Shown piece after piece: positions 1 through 8,857 of a stretch of 61,893 bases of DNA. Source of the stretch: Patescibacteria group bacterium. GTDB taxonomy: Bacteria > Patescibacteriota > Patescibacteriia > WFTA01 > S139-112. Positions within the stretch are counted from its first letter, which is position 1. Every line of letters starts with the position of its first letter. The position numbers and the translations under genes were made by a program. The notes beneath the pieces are model-generated. The model ran no database searches. It was not told where the DNA came from and saw only the letters and a program-made list of their open reading frames with translations. The DNA lies in assembly GCA_015485695.1 (NCBI GenBank), contig WFTB01000002.1, positions 1-61,893 on the forward strand, in the 5' to 3' direction.

Positions 1-4
1 ATTG

Positions 5-75
5 TTCGGGGACAGGGATTCGAACCCCAATTTTCAGGACCAAAACCTGACGTCCTGCCGTTAGACGATCCCCGA
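5..75 (-). tRNA. tRNA-Gln (anticodon UUG)
   Basis: The reverse complement folds as a cloverleaf. Acceptor UCGGGGA/UCCCCGA has U1-A72, typical of bacterial tRNA-Gln. D arm is GUCU..GGAC. Anticodon stem UCAGG/CCUGA carries loop UUUUGGU (UUG). T arm is UGGGG-UUCGAAU-CCCUG. Discriminator is A; CCA is not encoded. Confidence 0.85.
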
Positions 76-85
76 CTGTCGTGGT

Positions 86-397
86 TTATTCATTCATGAC
101 AACCCAATACACGGCCATGAAGCCCGCGCCAAGGTATATCATTACGGCGAGCATAATAACAAAAACAAAAATAACTGTAAAGGCCATGGTCGGAGAGCTC
201 AAACTGTCTATCGCCGAAGTGAAAGCGTTGATTTTTCTGGGAACTATGTAATCAACTTCCCGCGCCGAATCATAGGTCTCGGATATGTTTTCTTCTTTCC
301 AGTCGTCTTCAAAATACAAATCCGGCTTTTGAGCGAGCGCGACAACCGGCGACAATATTAGTATTAAACATGGTACTATCAAGGAGGTTTTTTTCAT
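86..397 (-). CDS. small hypothetical protein with N-terminal signal peptide and C-terminal TM helix
   Basis: 103-aa ORF. It has a hydrophobic N-terminus (LIVPCLILILSPVVALA) and a C-terminal hydrophobic segment. I recognise no family. Confidence 0.45.
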   Translation of the reverse strand: MKKTSLIVPCLILILSPVVALAQKPDLYFEDDWKEENISETYDSAREVDYIVPRKINAFTSAIDSLSSPTMAFTVIFVFVIMLAVMIYLGAGFMAVYWVVMNE

Positions 398-424
398 ATT
401 ATATGCATAATTCGCGAAACCAAG

Positions 425-1342
425 TTACACTCTCAAATGCCTTTGAATCGCCACCCAAGCGGACAAGATGTTCACCACTGTCAGAACCAATAACTGCTGT
501 GAAAACAATATGAAGAAATTTTGCGCAAAATACGATTTTGGAGAAAATCCTATCTCGCTGAAGAACAAAGCGACGGAAGAGTCGAACGAATTAAGCGTTG
601 CCATGAATATAGCCCAAAAAACGATAACGGAAAGCAAAGCGTATAAAAATCCGTTAATCAAAAACGGCATGCGAACAAACCAATTCGAAGCTCCGACAAG
701 TTTCATTATTCCTATCTCTTCTTTGTGCGCGTAAATTCCGAGCCTTATGGTATTGAAAACCACGAGTACGGATATGACGAAAAAGAACACGCTCATTATC
801 GTAACACCTAGAGAGAGTTTTCTTGTTATGTTTTTTAATCTGTTTACAAGCAACCTTCTGTCTTGCGATTCGGTGTCCTCTATAAACTCGGACAGATTCA
901 GGTTGTTTATACCCGCAAGAACATCTTCATAAGAATCGATATCTTCAGCCGTCACCAAAAGCACCGCTCCTAGAGGGTTAGAATCAAGCTCCGACAAAGC
1001 CTCGGTTACTAACTCGTCATCTCCGTGCTTTTCTTTGAATTGCTCCAAAGCTTCCTCCGCGGTTATCAATTCAACTTTTCCAACCTTCGGGATTTGAGAC
1101 ACTCTTTCTTGAGTGACCAGAGTCACCTCTTGCGGTACGTTGGTTTTGAAATACAAAGCTATGTCTACCTTTTCGTTCACAATGCTCAAAACCGCGTCAC
1201 TCATGGCTCCTATGCCAACAAGAATCGAAGTTGAGAACAAAGACAATACGATAATCGTAATCGTGACTATGGACAGCCAAAAATTACGAAAAAAGTTTTG
1301 AAGAGCTAGTTTTACAAGTCTGTACAGAGTGACAAAAAACAT
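425..1342 (-). CDS. ftsX: cell-division ABC-transporter permease FtsX
   Basis: 305 aa with FtsX topology: TM1, a large extracytoplasmic loop, then three C-terminal TMs. The motif MKLVGASNWFVRMPFLINGFLY matches the conserved FtsX LVGAT..FIR.PF segment. No ftsE is adjacent. Confidence 0.85.
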   Translation of the reverse strand: MFFVTLYRLVKLALQNFFRNFWLSIVTITIIVLSLFSTSILVGIGAMSDAVLSIVNEKVDIALYFKTNVPQEVTLVTQERVSQIPKVGKVELITAEEALEQFKEKHGDDELVTEALSELDSNPLGAVLLVTAEDIDSYEDVLAGINNLNLSEFIEDTESQDRRLLVNRLKNITRKLSLGVTIMSVFFFVISVLVVFNTIRLGIYAHKEEIGIMKLVGASNWFVRMPFLINGFLYALLSVIVFWAIFMATLNSFDSSVALFFSEIGFSPKSYFAQNFFILFSQQLLVLTVVNILSAWVAIQRHLRV

Positions 1343-1464
1343 ATCTTAAAGATAATTATTCGAATGTGTATATTATAGTATAAAATCGACAATTAAGTAA
1401 ATGCGATACGGGCTTTTGACGGCGCGGAAACTTTCATTTAACTCGAGATATCGGATAGGTGCAG

Positions 1465-2094
1465 TCATTTGAATACCTCCAACAACTCATCCGGGGAATC
1501 GATTATATAATCCGCAGAAACGTCTTCCATCGCCTTTCTAGAATTAAGTCCCCATGTCACCGCCACGGACTTGATTCCTACATTGTGAGCCGCAACCGCA
1601 TCGCTTGATTCATCGCCGACATGGTATGTGTTTTCCGGGTCTAAGTCGTATTCTTTAATCAAATTTTTCAAAGCTCGATGTTTTTTCAAAAAACCGTATC
1701 TTGAACGAACGAATTCGAAAAAATTTTCCAAATTATTCTGCGATACGAACGCGCGAGCGTGAGCTTCCGAATTCACGGTAAGAATACCCAAACGGTATCC
1801 CCTATCCGTGAGAATCTGCAATATTTCGTCCATGCCGGAAATGGGCGCTATCTCGAAAATCGAAGAATTCAAAGCGCGCCTGCCAAACCACATTATTATC
1901 GGAAGTTTCCATGTGGGAATATTCAAATCTTTTATTATCTCAGACGATGACATGTCTCGAAGACGAGCATAGTCCTCGTCTTCTATCTTCCGAAACCCGA
2001 ACCGTTTCGCCAAGGAATTGGCTATTTTTATATTCCCCGGCAAAGTGTCAGCGACCGTGCCATCCAAATCGAAAATGATTGTTTTGTTGTTCAT
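1465..2094 (-). CDS. HAD-superfamily hydrolase (phosphoglycolate-phosphatase-like)
   Basis: HAD motif I is FDLDGTVADT and motif IV is HVGDESSDAVAA. The start is placed at the internal MNNKTIIFDLDG; the track ORF extends to 2175. Confidence 0.8.
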   Translation of the reverse strand: MNNKTIIFDLDGTVADTLPGNIKIANSLAKRFGFRKIEDEDYARLRDMSSSEIIKDLNIPTWKLPIIMWFGRRALNSSIFEIAPISGMDEILQILTDRGYRLGILTVNSEAHARAFVSQNNLENFFEFVRSRYGFLKKHRALKNLIKEYDLDPENTYHVGDESSDAVAAHNVGIKSVAVTWGLNSRKAMEDVSADYIIDSPDELLEVFK

Positions 2095-2280
2095 CTTTTT
2101 TATCAAAAACCAAGACTTATAAAACACGAAACACGCCACTTGCGCCGTTTTTTTCGGAAATAAAAAACCGCGCAAATCAAGTCAATTATAACAGATATGT
2201 CGTCTCGCACAACGTTGACTAAACATGAGTTTTTCGAGATACTGTATCCATAGATTGGCTTTATCGCGCCGGCACCGGGA

Positions 2281-3654
2281 ATGGTTTCGGGAAAACATCA
2301 AACAACGCAAACAAATATGACACAACGCGCGAAAAAAATAATACTGCTGACGGGAGATATTATCGTGCTATACGCTTCACTGTGGCTTACATTGCTGGTG
2401 CGATATCAAGTTCTTCCGGACTCGGAACGTTGGGAGCAACACCTTGCGCCGTTTACGGTTTTGTACGTTTTGTGGATGCTTGTGTTCTTTATAGGAGGTC
2501 TATATACGATAACAGCCATGCGAGGAGGCGTCAGGTTCGTAACGAACCTGGGACAAACAATGGCGGTAAACGCCGCAATAGGTGCGGGGTTTTTCTATCT
2601 AACGCCATTCGTCGGCATTTCTCCCAAAACGAATTTTCTGATTAATATAGTTTTCGCGACTTTGCTCGTATTATTATGGAGGCACCTTGCAAACAAACTA
2701 ATGGGGTCCGAGGCGTTTCGTCTTAATGTTCTTTTAATCGGGGACGACGAACAACTAAAGGAATTGACTCTAGAATTGGACAGAAGACCTCAGCTCGGGT
2801 ATTCGATAGCAAAATCCATAAATCCGATATCGATAAACGCTTCAAACGTAAAACTATCCGATATTGTGACGGAAAACGACATAAGAATAGTGGCGGCAAG
2901 TTCAAAAACGCTAAAAGACCCTTTTCTGGTTAATCAGCTTTTCGAAATAATGTCTCTGAAGATAACGGTGGTCGATATAGCGAATTTCATGGAAGAAGCG
3001 ACGGGAAAAGTTCCGGTTAAAGACATTACCCAATCATGGTTCTTGGAAAACCTTGATTTCGGCAAACGTCGCGGTTATGAAATTTTCAAACGCTTTTTCG
3101 ACATAGCGGTGTCAGCGTTTCTTTTGATCGCTTTGTCGTGGTTGATTGTTTTAACTTGTTTGATAATACTGATAACCTCCGGGAGACCCGTGTTTTACAC
3201 GCAAACAAGAACGGGGCAACTCGGTAGCGCGTTCAAAGTTATAAAATTCAGGTCAATGATAAAAGACGCGGAAAAAAACGGCGCGCAATGGGCTGTTAAA
3301 AAAGATTCTCGAATAACCAAGTTTGGAAAATTCATGCGAAAAACAAGGCTGGATGAAATACCCCAGCTTATAAACATACTAAAAGGAGAAATGAGCTTTG
3401 TCGGTCCGCGACCAGAAAGACCGGTGTTCGTGGAACGATTGCAAAAAACCATTCCGTTTTACAATGAACGCCATCTCATGAAACCCGGACTCACCGGATG
3501 GGCTCAAATAAATTTTCCTTACGGAGCAAGCGAAGAAGACGCTCTCGAAAAGTTGCAATACGATTTGTATTACATAAAAAACAGATCGTTTATTTTGGAT
3601 ATCGCAATAGCTCTGAGAACCGCAAAAACAATAGTCTCCGTATCCGGGCAATAA
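2281..3654 (+). CDS. polyprenyl-phosphate sugar phosphotransferase (WbaP/EpsL-type bacterial sugar transferase)
   Basis: Multi-TM N-terminus plus a conserved C-terminal catalytic domain (FKVIKFRSM, DEIPQLINILKGEMSFVGPRPERP, KPGLTGWAQI). An alternative start is the ATG at 2317. Confidence 0.85.
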   Translation: MVSGKHQTTQTNMTQRAKKIILLTGDIIVLYASLWLTLLVRYQVLPDSERWEQHLAPFTVLYVLWMLVFFIGGLYTITAMRGGVRFVTNLGQTMAVNAAIGAGFFYLTPFVGISPKTNFLINIVFATLLVLLWRHLANKLMGSEAFRLNVLLIGDDEQLKELTLELDRRPQLGYSIAKSINPISINASNVKLSDIVTENDIRIVAASSKTLKDPFLVNQLFEIMSLKITVVDIANFMEEATGKVPVKDITQSWFLENLDFGKRRGYEIFKRFFDIAVSAFLLIALSWLIVLTCLIILITSGRPVFYTQTRTGQLGSAFKVIKFRSMIKDAEKNGAQWAVKKDSRITKFGKFMRKTRLDEIPQLINILKGEMSFVGPRPERPVFVERLQKTIPFYNERHLMKPGLTGWAQINFPYGASEEDALEKLQYDLYYIKNRSFILDIAIALRTAKTIVSVSGQ

Positions 3655-3690
3655 CCATGGATTAACTTGAACATGCGGTTATCCCCCATT

Positions 3691-3720
3691 AAACACCCCT
3701 TGACATAACGGGTGTTTTTA
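3691..3720 (+). terminator. rho-independent terminator after the sugar transferase
   Basis: Hairpin AAACACCC-loop-GGGTGTTTTT followed by a T-run. Confidence 0.7.
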
Positions 3721-3727
3721 TTAAGAT
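3700..3727 (+). promoter_or_regulatory. candidate sigma70-type promoter embedded in the terminator hairpin
   Basis: TTGACA (3700-3705, in the terminator loop), a 16-nt spacer, then TAAGAT (3722-3727). Confidence 0.4.
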
Positions 3728-3730
3728 AAA

Positions 3731-3855
3731 CTCGCACAGGTACAAAAAAGAGCCATGAACTTCCCTTTCAAACGGGCTTTTCGCCCTCAGTACAAGGTGA
3801 AGCGCAGGACTGCCGTTTCATTTGGGTAGCAAATGATGCGGTTTTGTTGTGTGAG
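3731..3855 (+). promoter_or_regulatory. candidate structured 5' leader upstream of the GT2 synthase operon
   Basis: Closing helix CTCGCACA (3731-3738)/TGTGTGAG (3848-3855), extended by ACAAAA/TTTTGT. Nested helices are CCC..AAACGG (3763-3776)/CCGTTT..GGG (3811-3824) and CAGT/ACTG (3788-3810). I recognise no known riboswitch consensus. Confidence 0.3.
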
Positions 3856-3898
3856 TATCTTATCGATATCCATATAAAAGCGTTTTAGTGACAAAAAA

Positions 3899-4990
3899 AT
3901 GAAATTTAAACGCAAAAAAACCGAAATAAATTTTCTAGATAAGCTTTCAACAAAACACGAAAGCGAGTCTTTTGACGGAAAAATTTCGATACTGATACCT
4001 TGCTACAATGAAGAGAAAACGATAGAAAAATGCGTAAAATCTTGCCTCAACCAAACACTGAATCCTGATGAGATAATAGTTGTAAACGACGGAAGCACTG
4101 ATGGAACAAAATCAATCTTGGACAAATTCGGAGATAGGATAACTGCCATAAACTTGGAAAAGAACACGGGAAATAAGAGCTTGGCTCAAGAAGAGGGGCT
4201 AAAATTCGTATCCGGAGATGTGTTCATAACCACTGATGCGGATACCGTATTGGATTATAGGTTTATAGAAAACATAGTAAAAAATTTCAAGAACCCGGAC
4301 ACAGTGGCCGCTGGAGGGTATGTCGTAAGCACGAAGCATAATTGGGTAACTGCTTGTCGTGAATTGGATTACATTATAGGTCAAAATTTCCACAAAGTGG
4401 CTCAATCTTATATAAACTGCCTGTTTGTCATACCCGGTTGCGCTGGTGCGTTCAGAACGGAAGTTTTCAAAAAAAACATAACATTCGACCATGACACATT
4501 GACGGAAGATTTGGATTTTACTTATAAATTCAACAAAAGAGGGTTCAAAATTCACTATGAAAAAAACGCAAAAGTCTTCACGCAAGACCCGGCTGACGTT
4601 TCATCATATATCAATCAAATGCGAAGGTGGTATGCCGGCGGTTGGCAAAATCTGTCAAAACACATAAGCATATTCAACCGATCAAATAACGCTCTGGAAC
4701 TTTCTTTGATATATGTTGAAGGTTTTGTGTTTGCAATGCTGATGTATGTTCTGCCGATTATAAATATAAGATTTTATTTGCTACTGGCGGGAATATTTTT
4801 AATTTATTCAACCGTATTGGGGATTGTCGGAGCTCTGATGAGAAGAAGAATTGATTTGTTTTTATATTCGCCCATGTATATATTTTTGTTTTACATAAAC
4901 GCTTTTGTATTTATGAGCGAATTCGTAAAAGAAATTCTCAAAAAAGAGAAGAATTTAATCTGGTTTAAACCTGCAAGGAGAAACATATGA
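3899..4990 (+). CDS. processive family-2 glycosyltransferase (PgaC/IcaA/NodC-like synthase)
   Basis: GT2 signature ISILIPCYNEE, then DGSTD, TTDADT, TED (LTEDLDF) and QxxRW (QMRRWYAGG), plus C-terminal TM helices. Confidence 0.85.
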   Translation: MKFKRKKTEINFLDKLSTKHESESFDGKISILIPCYNEEKTIEKCVKSCLNQTLNPDEIIVVNDGSTDGTKSILDKFGDRITAINLEKNTGNKSLAQEEGLKFVSGDVFITTDADTVLDYRFIENIVKNFKNPDTVAAGGYVVSTKHNWVTACRELDYIIGQNFHKVAQSYINCLFVIPGCAGAFRTEVFKKNITFDHDTLTEDLDFTYKFNKRGFKIHYEKNAKVFTQDPADVSSYINQMRRWYAGGWQNLSKHISIFNRSNNALELSLIYVEGFVFAMLMYVLPIINIRFYLLLAGIFLIYSTVLGIVGALMRRRIDLFLYSPMYIFLFYINAFVFMSEFVKEILKKEKNLIWFKPARRNI

Positions 4991-5898
4991 CTTTTTTCGG
5001 AGGAATTTCATTCATAGCGCATTTTATAATAATCATGTTGAAGTGGGTCAGAAGGAATCCAAAGCCGACCATGACGATTTTTTCCGTGTCCGGAATAATA
5101 ATTTTCGGGGCTTTGTTTTCATTGAAACAGAGCATAAATGACAGTCCGAATGTAAAATTGATAAAAAACACTTTTTACGGGTGTCAAAAGACGGCTCAAG
5201 CCGCAGAAATGGAAGATAATGTGATTATACTTAGACTGGACGACGTTCAAGCTTTCGCATGGAAAGACGTATCAATGCGAATGATTGATGAGATGATTGG
5301 AAAAAACATACCCGCAACAATCGGCGTAATTCCGAAAAACCTCGAGGAAGACGAAGAGATTGCGAATTATTTGAAAAAAATCTCATGCGACATGGAAATA
5401 GCTCAACACGGCTGGGACCACGGCCAACAAAGCGGAAACACCAAGCCCGAATTCGAAGGCGCGAGTAAAAACACCGCTTACAAAAGGATAATTAAGGGGA
5501 AAGAATACCTTGAAAGCATATTCGACAAGGATATAGTGACATTCATTCCTCCAAATGAAGTATATTCAAACGGCACTGTCGACGCCCTGAAACAAGCCGA
5601 GATACCGTTTTTGGCAAACACGCACACGGTAGCTCTCGCAAATTACGAAAATAACATGCCCAAACTTAATTCAACCGACAAAATAATAGATTCATGCAAG
5701 CAAGGGTTCGAAAACGATAATCTGTGTGTGGTAATGTTGCACCCTCAGGACTATGCGACAAACGGATATTTGGACGAATCAAAATATGCGGGATTCTCGG
5801 AACTGTTAGGACGCTTGGAAGAGTTAAATGCCGGTTTTATGACGATTGAAGATTACGCGGGGTACAAATTATCAAACACAAAAAACGAGAATGATTAA
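4987..5898 (+). CDS. putative polysaccharide deacetylase (DUF2334-like)
   Basis: N-terminal TM, then ILRLDDVQAF..IGVIP..EIAQHGWDH, which resembles the DUF2334/deacetylase fold. The start overlaps the upstream stop (ATGA). Confidence 0.6.
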   Translation: MTFFGGISFIAHFIIIMLKWVRRNPKPTMTIFSVSGIIIFGALFSLKQSINDSPNVKLIKNTFYGCQKTAQAAEMEDNVIILRLDDVQAFAWKDVSMRMIDEMIGKNIPATIGVIPKNLEEDEEIANYLKKISCDMEIAQHGWDHGQQSGNTKPEFEGASKNTAYKRIIKGKEYLESIFDKDIVTFIPPNEVYSNGTVDALKQAEIPFLANTHTVALANYENNMPKLNSTDKIIDSCKQGFENDNLCVVMLHPQDYATNGYLDESKYAGFSELLGRLEELNAGFMTIEDYAGYKLSNTKNEND

Positions 5899-6757
5899 AA
5901 GAATCCTATTATTAACACTTGTGGTATCGGCATTTGTTTATGCTGTCGACATAATTGTGAAATCGGAGCAAGACAAACCTGAAATTCAAAAAGGATATGT
6001 TAATAAAAATATTGAAACAAGCGAAAATCCCGTAAATGGAGACAATTCTCCTTCCAATGAATCGGAAGAAGAATTGTCGAGAACGAACGATTCGGCGAAA
6101 GATGTGGAATCGAAAAAGACCGACAAAAACACCTTGAAAATCGAATCAAACAAACCTCTCGATAAAGCAATCGGCGAAATAAGTTCAAAAGAGTATAAAT
6201 ACGTGACCACGACGGTATTCTGGGTAGGAGAAGAAGGTTCCGTCTATAATGGATTTATCGACAACAAATCAAGCGCGTGGATATCGGATTGGGTTGGGAG
6301 TTTCGGAGGATTTGACGACCCGTACGACAGGTGCGGGTTTAAGCCTTGCGGATTCGAGCCCAAAGAAAATCCATTTTATTTCGCTCTACCATACGAAGAC
6401 ACGGACGAATACGGACCGAAAGAATCATTAAAACGAATACCATGGTACGATGCAAACGTCGAGCCACATGCTCTGATAAAGGACAGATGGATTGAAGTGG
6501 TGTACAACGGTAAAAAATGTTACGCTCAGTGGGAAGATGTCGGACCATATGAGATTGATGACTTTGAGTATGTATTCGGCAGCAGCCCGCCGAAAAACAA
6601 AGAAGATGACGTTCGATCGGGGTTGGATGTTTCTCCCGCAATGCGGGATTGTCTAAACTTGGACGAAGACGGAATATCGATGGCGGGATGGAGGTTCGTA
6701 GAGTTCGAGGAAGTCCCTGAAGGACCTTGGCTTGAAACAATAACAACAACACAGTAA
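5891..6757 (+). CDS. secreted protein with C-terminal double-psi beta-barrel (RlpA/expansin-like) domain
   Basis: The ATG at 5891 overlaps the upstream stop (ATGATTAA). The protein has a TM anchor and an acidic low-complexity linker. The C-terminal domain reads VFWVGEEG..PCGFEP..FYFALPY..RWIEVVYNGKKCYAQWEDVGPY, reminiscent of DPBB folds. Confidence 0.5.
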   Translation: MIKRILLLTLVVSAFVYAVDIIVKSEQDKPEIQKGYVNKNIETSENPVNGDNSPSNESEEELSRTNDSAKDVESKKTDKNTLKIESNKPLDKAIGEISSKEYKYVTTTVFWVGEEGSVYNGFIDNKSSAWISDWVGSFGGFDDPYDRCGFKPCGFEPKENPFYFALPYEDTDEYGPKESLKRIPWYDANVEPHALIKDRWIEVVYNGKKCYAQWEDVGPYEIDDFEYVFGSSPPKNKEDDVRSGLDVSPAMRDCLNLDEDGISMAGWRFVEFEEVPEGPWLETITTTQ

Positions 6758-6788
6758 AAAATTATAAACAGTTCAAATTTTATAAGAT

Positions 6789-8498
6789 ATGCCTATGCTA
6801 ACAATCACACGATTTTTTCTAATAACGGCGTTTGTTGTTTTCGCGACATTAATCGGAGTTAATCCGATATACGCGTATAATGACGGACCAAAGCTGTCAT
6901 TCACATTTGATGACGGCAATCGAAACATATACGACAAAGGGATGCCTATTTTTGAAAAATACAATCTTCCGGCTGTGTTATATGGAGAATCCGGCCCTCT
7001 AAACAGCGGAGAAAGCTGGGTTATGACTTGGGACCAGGTTCGCGATTTGCAGAACAATAGGGGCTGGGAAATAGGAAGTCATACAATAAACCACCCATAC
7101 CTTACACAGCTCTCGGACGAAGAACTTAGAAAAGAGCTGTACCAATCAAAACAAGATTTCGCCACACAAGGAATCGACGTTAAAGCCTTCGCCTCTTCAT
7201 ACGGAGATTACGACGATCGAACTCTTACGCAAATAGCAAGGTATTACGAATCTCACAGAGCGGCTTGGGGAGGCGCGAATAAATGGCCCGACAGGTATAA
7301 TGATTACAAGCTCGTAAGCCGTGAAGTCGCTCACAATATACCCCCGGAAGAAGTGTACGGATGGATAGACCAAGCCATTGCCAACAATGAATGGTTGATT
7401 CTGCTTCTACACGACATAGTCGAGGGCGAGCCTCAGCCGTATCAATACAATGAAAACGACCTTGAAAGCATAGTAAGATACGCATCCAATCAAGCTATCG
7501 AAGTTACGACGATAACGGAAGGGTTGAAATTTTCGGACGCGCCAAACATGATACCCAACTATTCTTTTGAAGAAACGGACGCTTCGGGGTGGGCTCTAAA
7601 TTGGAAACGAAATAATGAGATTGACTTAACCATAGACGCGAATAATCGTGGTAATGCCCCGAGCGCGACCCGCAGTTTGAAAATAACGGGCGGATCGAGT
7701 CAAAACACTGCGATATCCGATATGATAGAGCTTGAAGGGTATCCGAAATACCTGCTTCGAATGTATCAAAACGTCCAAGATTTGACCTCCGGAGGATGGG
7801 CGGTTTGGGTCAACGAATTTGACTCTAACGGAGTTTGGCTGGGCGGACAATGGCTAGGTGGAAATTACGGAAATTTCATAGGAAACAGGTATTATGAATA
7901 CACACCTTCATCAACAGATGTTCGAAAAATCGAAATTCACGTATTTACGGAATCGGCGAGCAACCTTACATTATACGTTGATTCGGTCGAATTAAGAGGC
8001 ATAGGGACACCCACTCCGCCAAAGCCGATTAATAACTTGATAAAAAATCCAAGCTTCGAAAGAACGACAGACGGTTGGGCGAATAATTGGACCAGATTGG
8101 ATGATAATATTTCAATAGACATGAACAATAACGGCTCCAGTCCGTTCTCAACCAACAGCCTAAAAATACCCGGTGGCGCCAATCAGCGAGTTACGGTAAG
8201 CGACGCGATTGCGGTTGACGGTGCATCATCTTACAAGTTGTCTTTTTATCAAAAATTGGAAAACGTAAGCGCCGGAGGAGGTAGCGCGGTATGGGTCGAT
8301 GAATTTGACGACAATAATGTCTGGGTGTCCGGAGCGTGGCTTGGAGGAACATATTCAGATTTTAATGGAGTAAAATCGATGAATTACATACCAACGTCGA
8401 ATGATGTTTCAAATATACAAGTTCACTTTTTCACGGAAGCCGGAAGTGAAGGAGCGACACTATACTTAGATGAAGTCATATTGACCGAAATACAATAA
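6789..8498 (+). CDS. CE4 (NodB) polysaccharide deacetylase fused to two CBM-like repeats
   Basis: NodB motifs are FTFDDG and SHTINHP. Two tandem ~150-aa repeats follow (NxSFE..GW..NW....SLKI.GG........Y.L..YQ......GG.AVWV.EFD.N.VW..G.WLGG) and end in LYVDSVEL / LYLDEVIL. Confidence 0.85.
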   Translation: MPMLTITRFFLITAFVVFATLIGVNPIYAYNDGPKLSFTFDDGNRNIYDKGMPIFEKYNLPAVLYGESGPLNSGESWVMTWDQVRDLQNNRGWEIGSHTINHPYLTQLSDEELRKELYQSKQDFATQGIDVKAFASSYGDYDDRTLTQIARYYESHRAAWGGANKWPDRYNDYKLVSREVAHNIPPEEVYGWIDQAIANNEWLILLLHDIVEGEPQPYQYNENDLESIVRYASNQAIEVTTITEGLKFSDAPNMIPNYSFEETDASGWALNWKRNNEIDLTIDANNRGNAPSATRSLKITGGSSQNTAISDMIELEGYPKYLLRMYQNVQDLTSGGWAVWVNEFDSNGVWLGGQWLGGNYGNFIGNRYYEYTPSSTDVRKIEIHVFTESASNLTLYVDSVELRGIGTPTPPKPINNLIKNPSFERTTDGWANNWTRLDDNISIDMNNNGSSPFSTNSLKIPGGANQRVTVSDAIAVDGASSYKLSFYQKLENVSAGGGSAVWVDEFDDNNVWVSGAWLGGTYSDFNGVKSMNYIPTSNDVSNIQVHFFTEAGSEGATLYLDEVILTEIQ

Positions 8499-8510
8499 CG
8501 CACTGACAAC

Positions 8511-8546
8511 AAAAACCGCATGAAACTTATATTCATGCGGTTTTTT
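8511..8546 (+). terminator. rho-independent terminator
   Basis: CCGCATGAA (8516-8524)/TTCATGCGG (8532-8540) followed by T6. Confidence 0.8.
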
Positions 8547-8567
8547 GTCGCAAAAAAAAACGAATAA

Positions 8568-8596
8568 TTGACTGATTTTCCAAAAGGATATATACT
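8568..8596 (+). promoter_or_regulatory. sigma70-type promoter for the thrS leader
   Basis: TTGACT (8568-8573), a 17-nt spacer, then TATACT (8591-8596). Confidence 0.55.
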
Positions 8597-8602
8597 TAAA
8601 GA

Positions 8603-8792
8603 GTCTTTGAGTGATTGGTCGGGTTACCGCCCCGTCTGACCGCATTTACTCGGTCAAGGAACAGTTATCGATCCTCTAAGCTCGAAGATAAATTCAATAT
8701 CGAGTGTTCGCATTTCTCGCGAAAATTCGGGTGGAACCGCCGTTATTGAAAACATAATGGTCCCGAGCATTGTTTCAGTGCTGGGGATTTTT
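8603..8792 (+). promoter_or_regulatory. T-box leader (tRNA-Thr sensing) upstream of thrS
   Basis: T-box sequence AAATTCGGGTGGAACCGCCG (8723-8742). The antiterminator pairs TCGGG (8726-8730) with CCCGA (8762-8766), flanking a UGGA bulge. The competing terminator is TCCCGAGCA (8761-8769)/TGCTGGGGA (8779-8787) plus T5. Candidate Thr specifier codons are ACC (8626-8628) or ACA (8661-8663). Confidence 0.7.
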
Positions 8793-8857
8793 GCGTCTTG
8801 GCAACATCGCACTTTTGATTTGAAACTTATAAAAACAATCGATTAAATTATAAACAT

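Noticed and set aside
3731-3855. Calling the EPS-operon leader a c-di-GMP (GEMM) riboswitch.
   Set aside because: The context is attractive, but I could not find the conserved GEMM-I (GCAAA...ACGCAAAGC) or GEMM-II elements. It is kept only as an unclassified structured leader.
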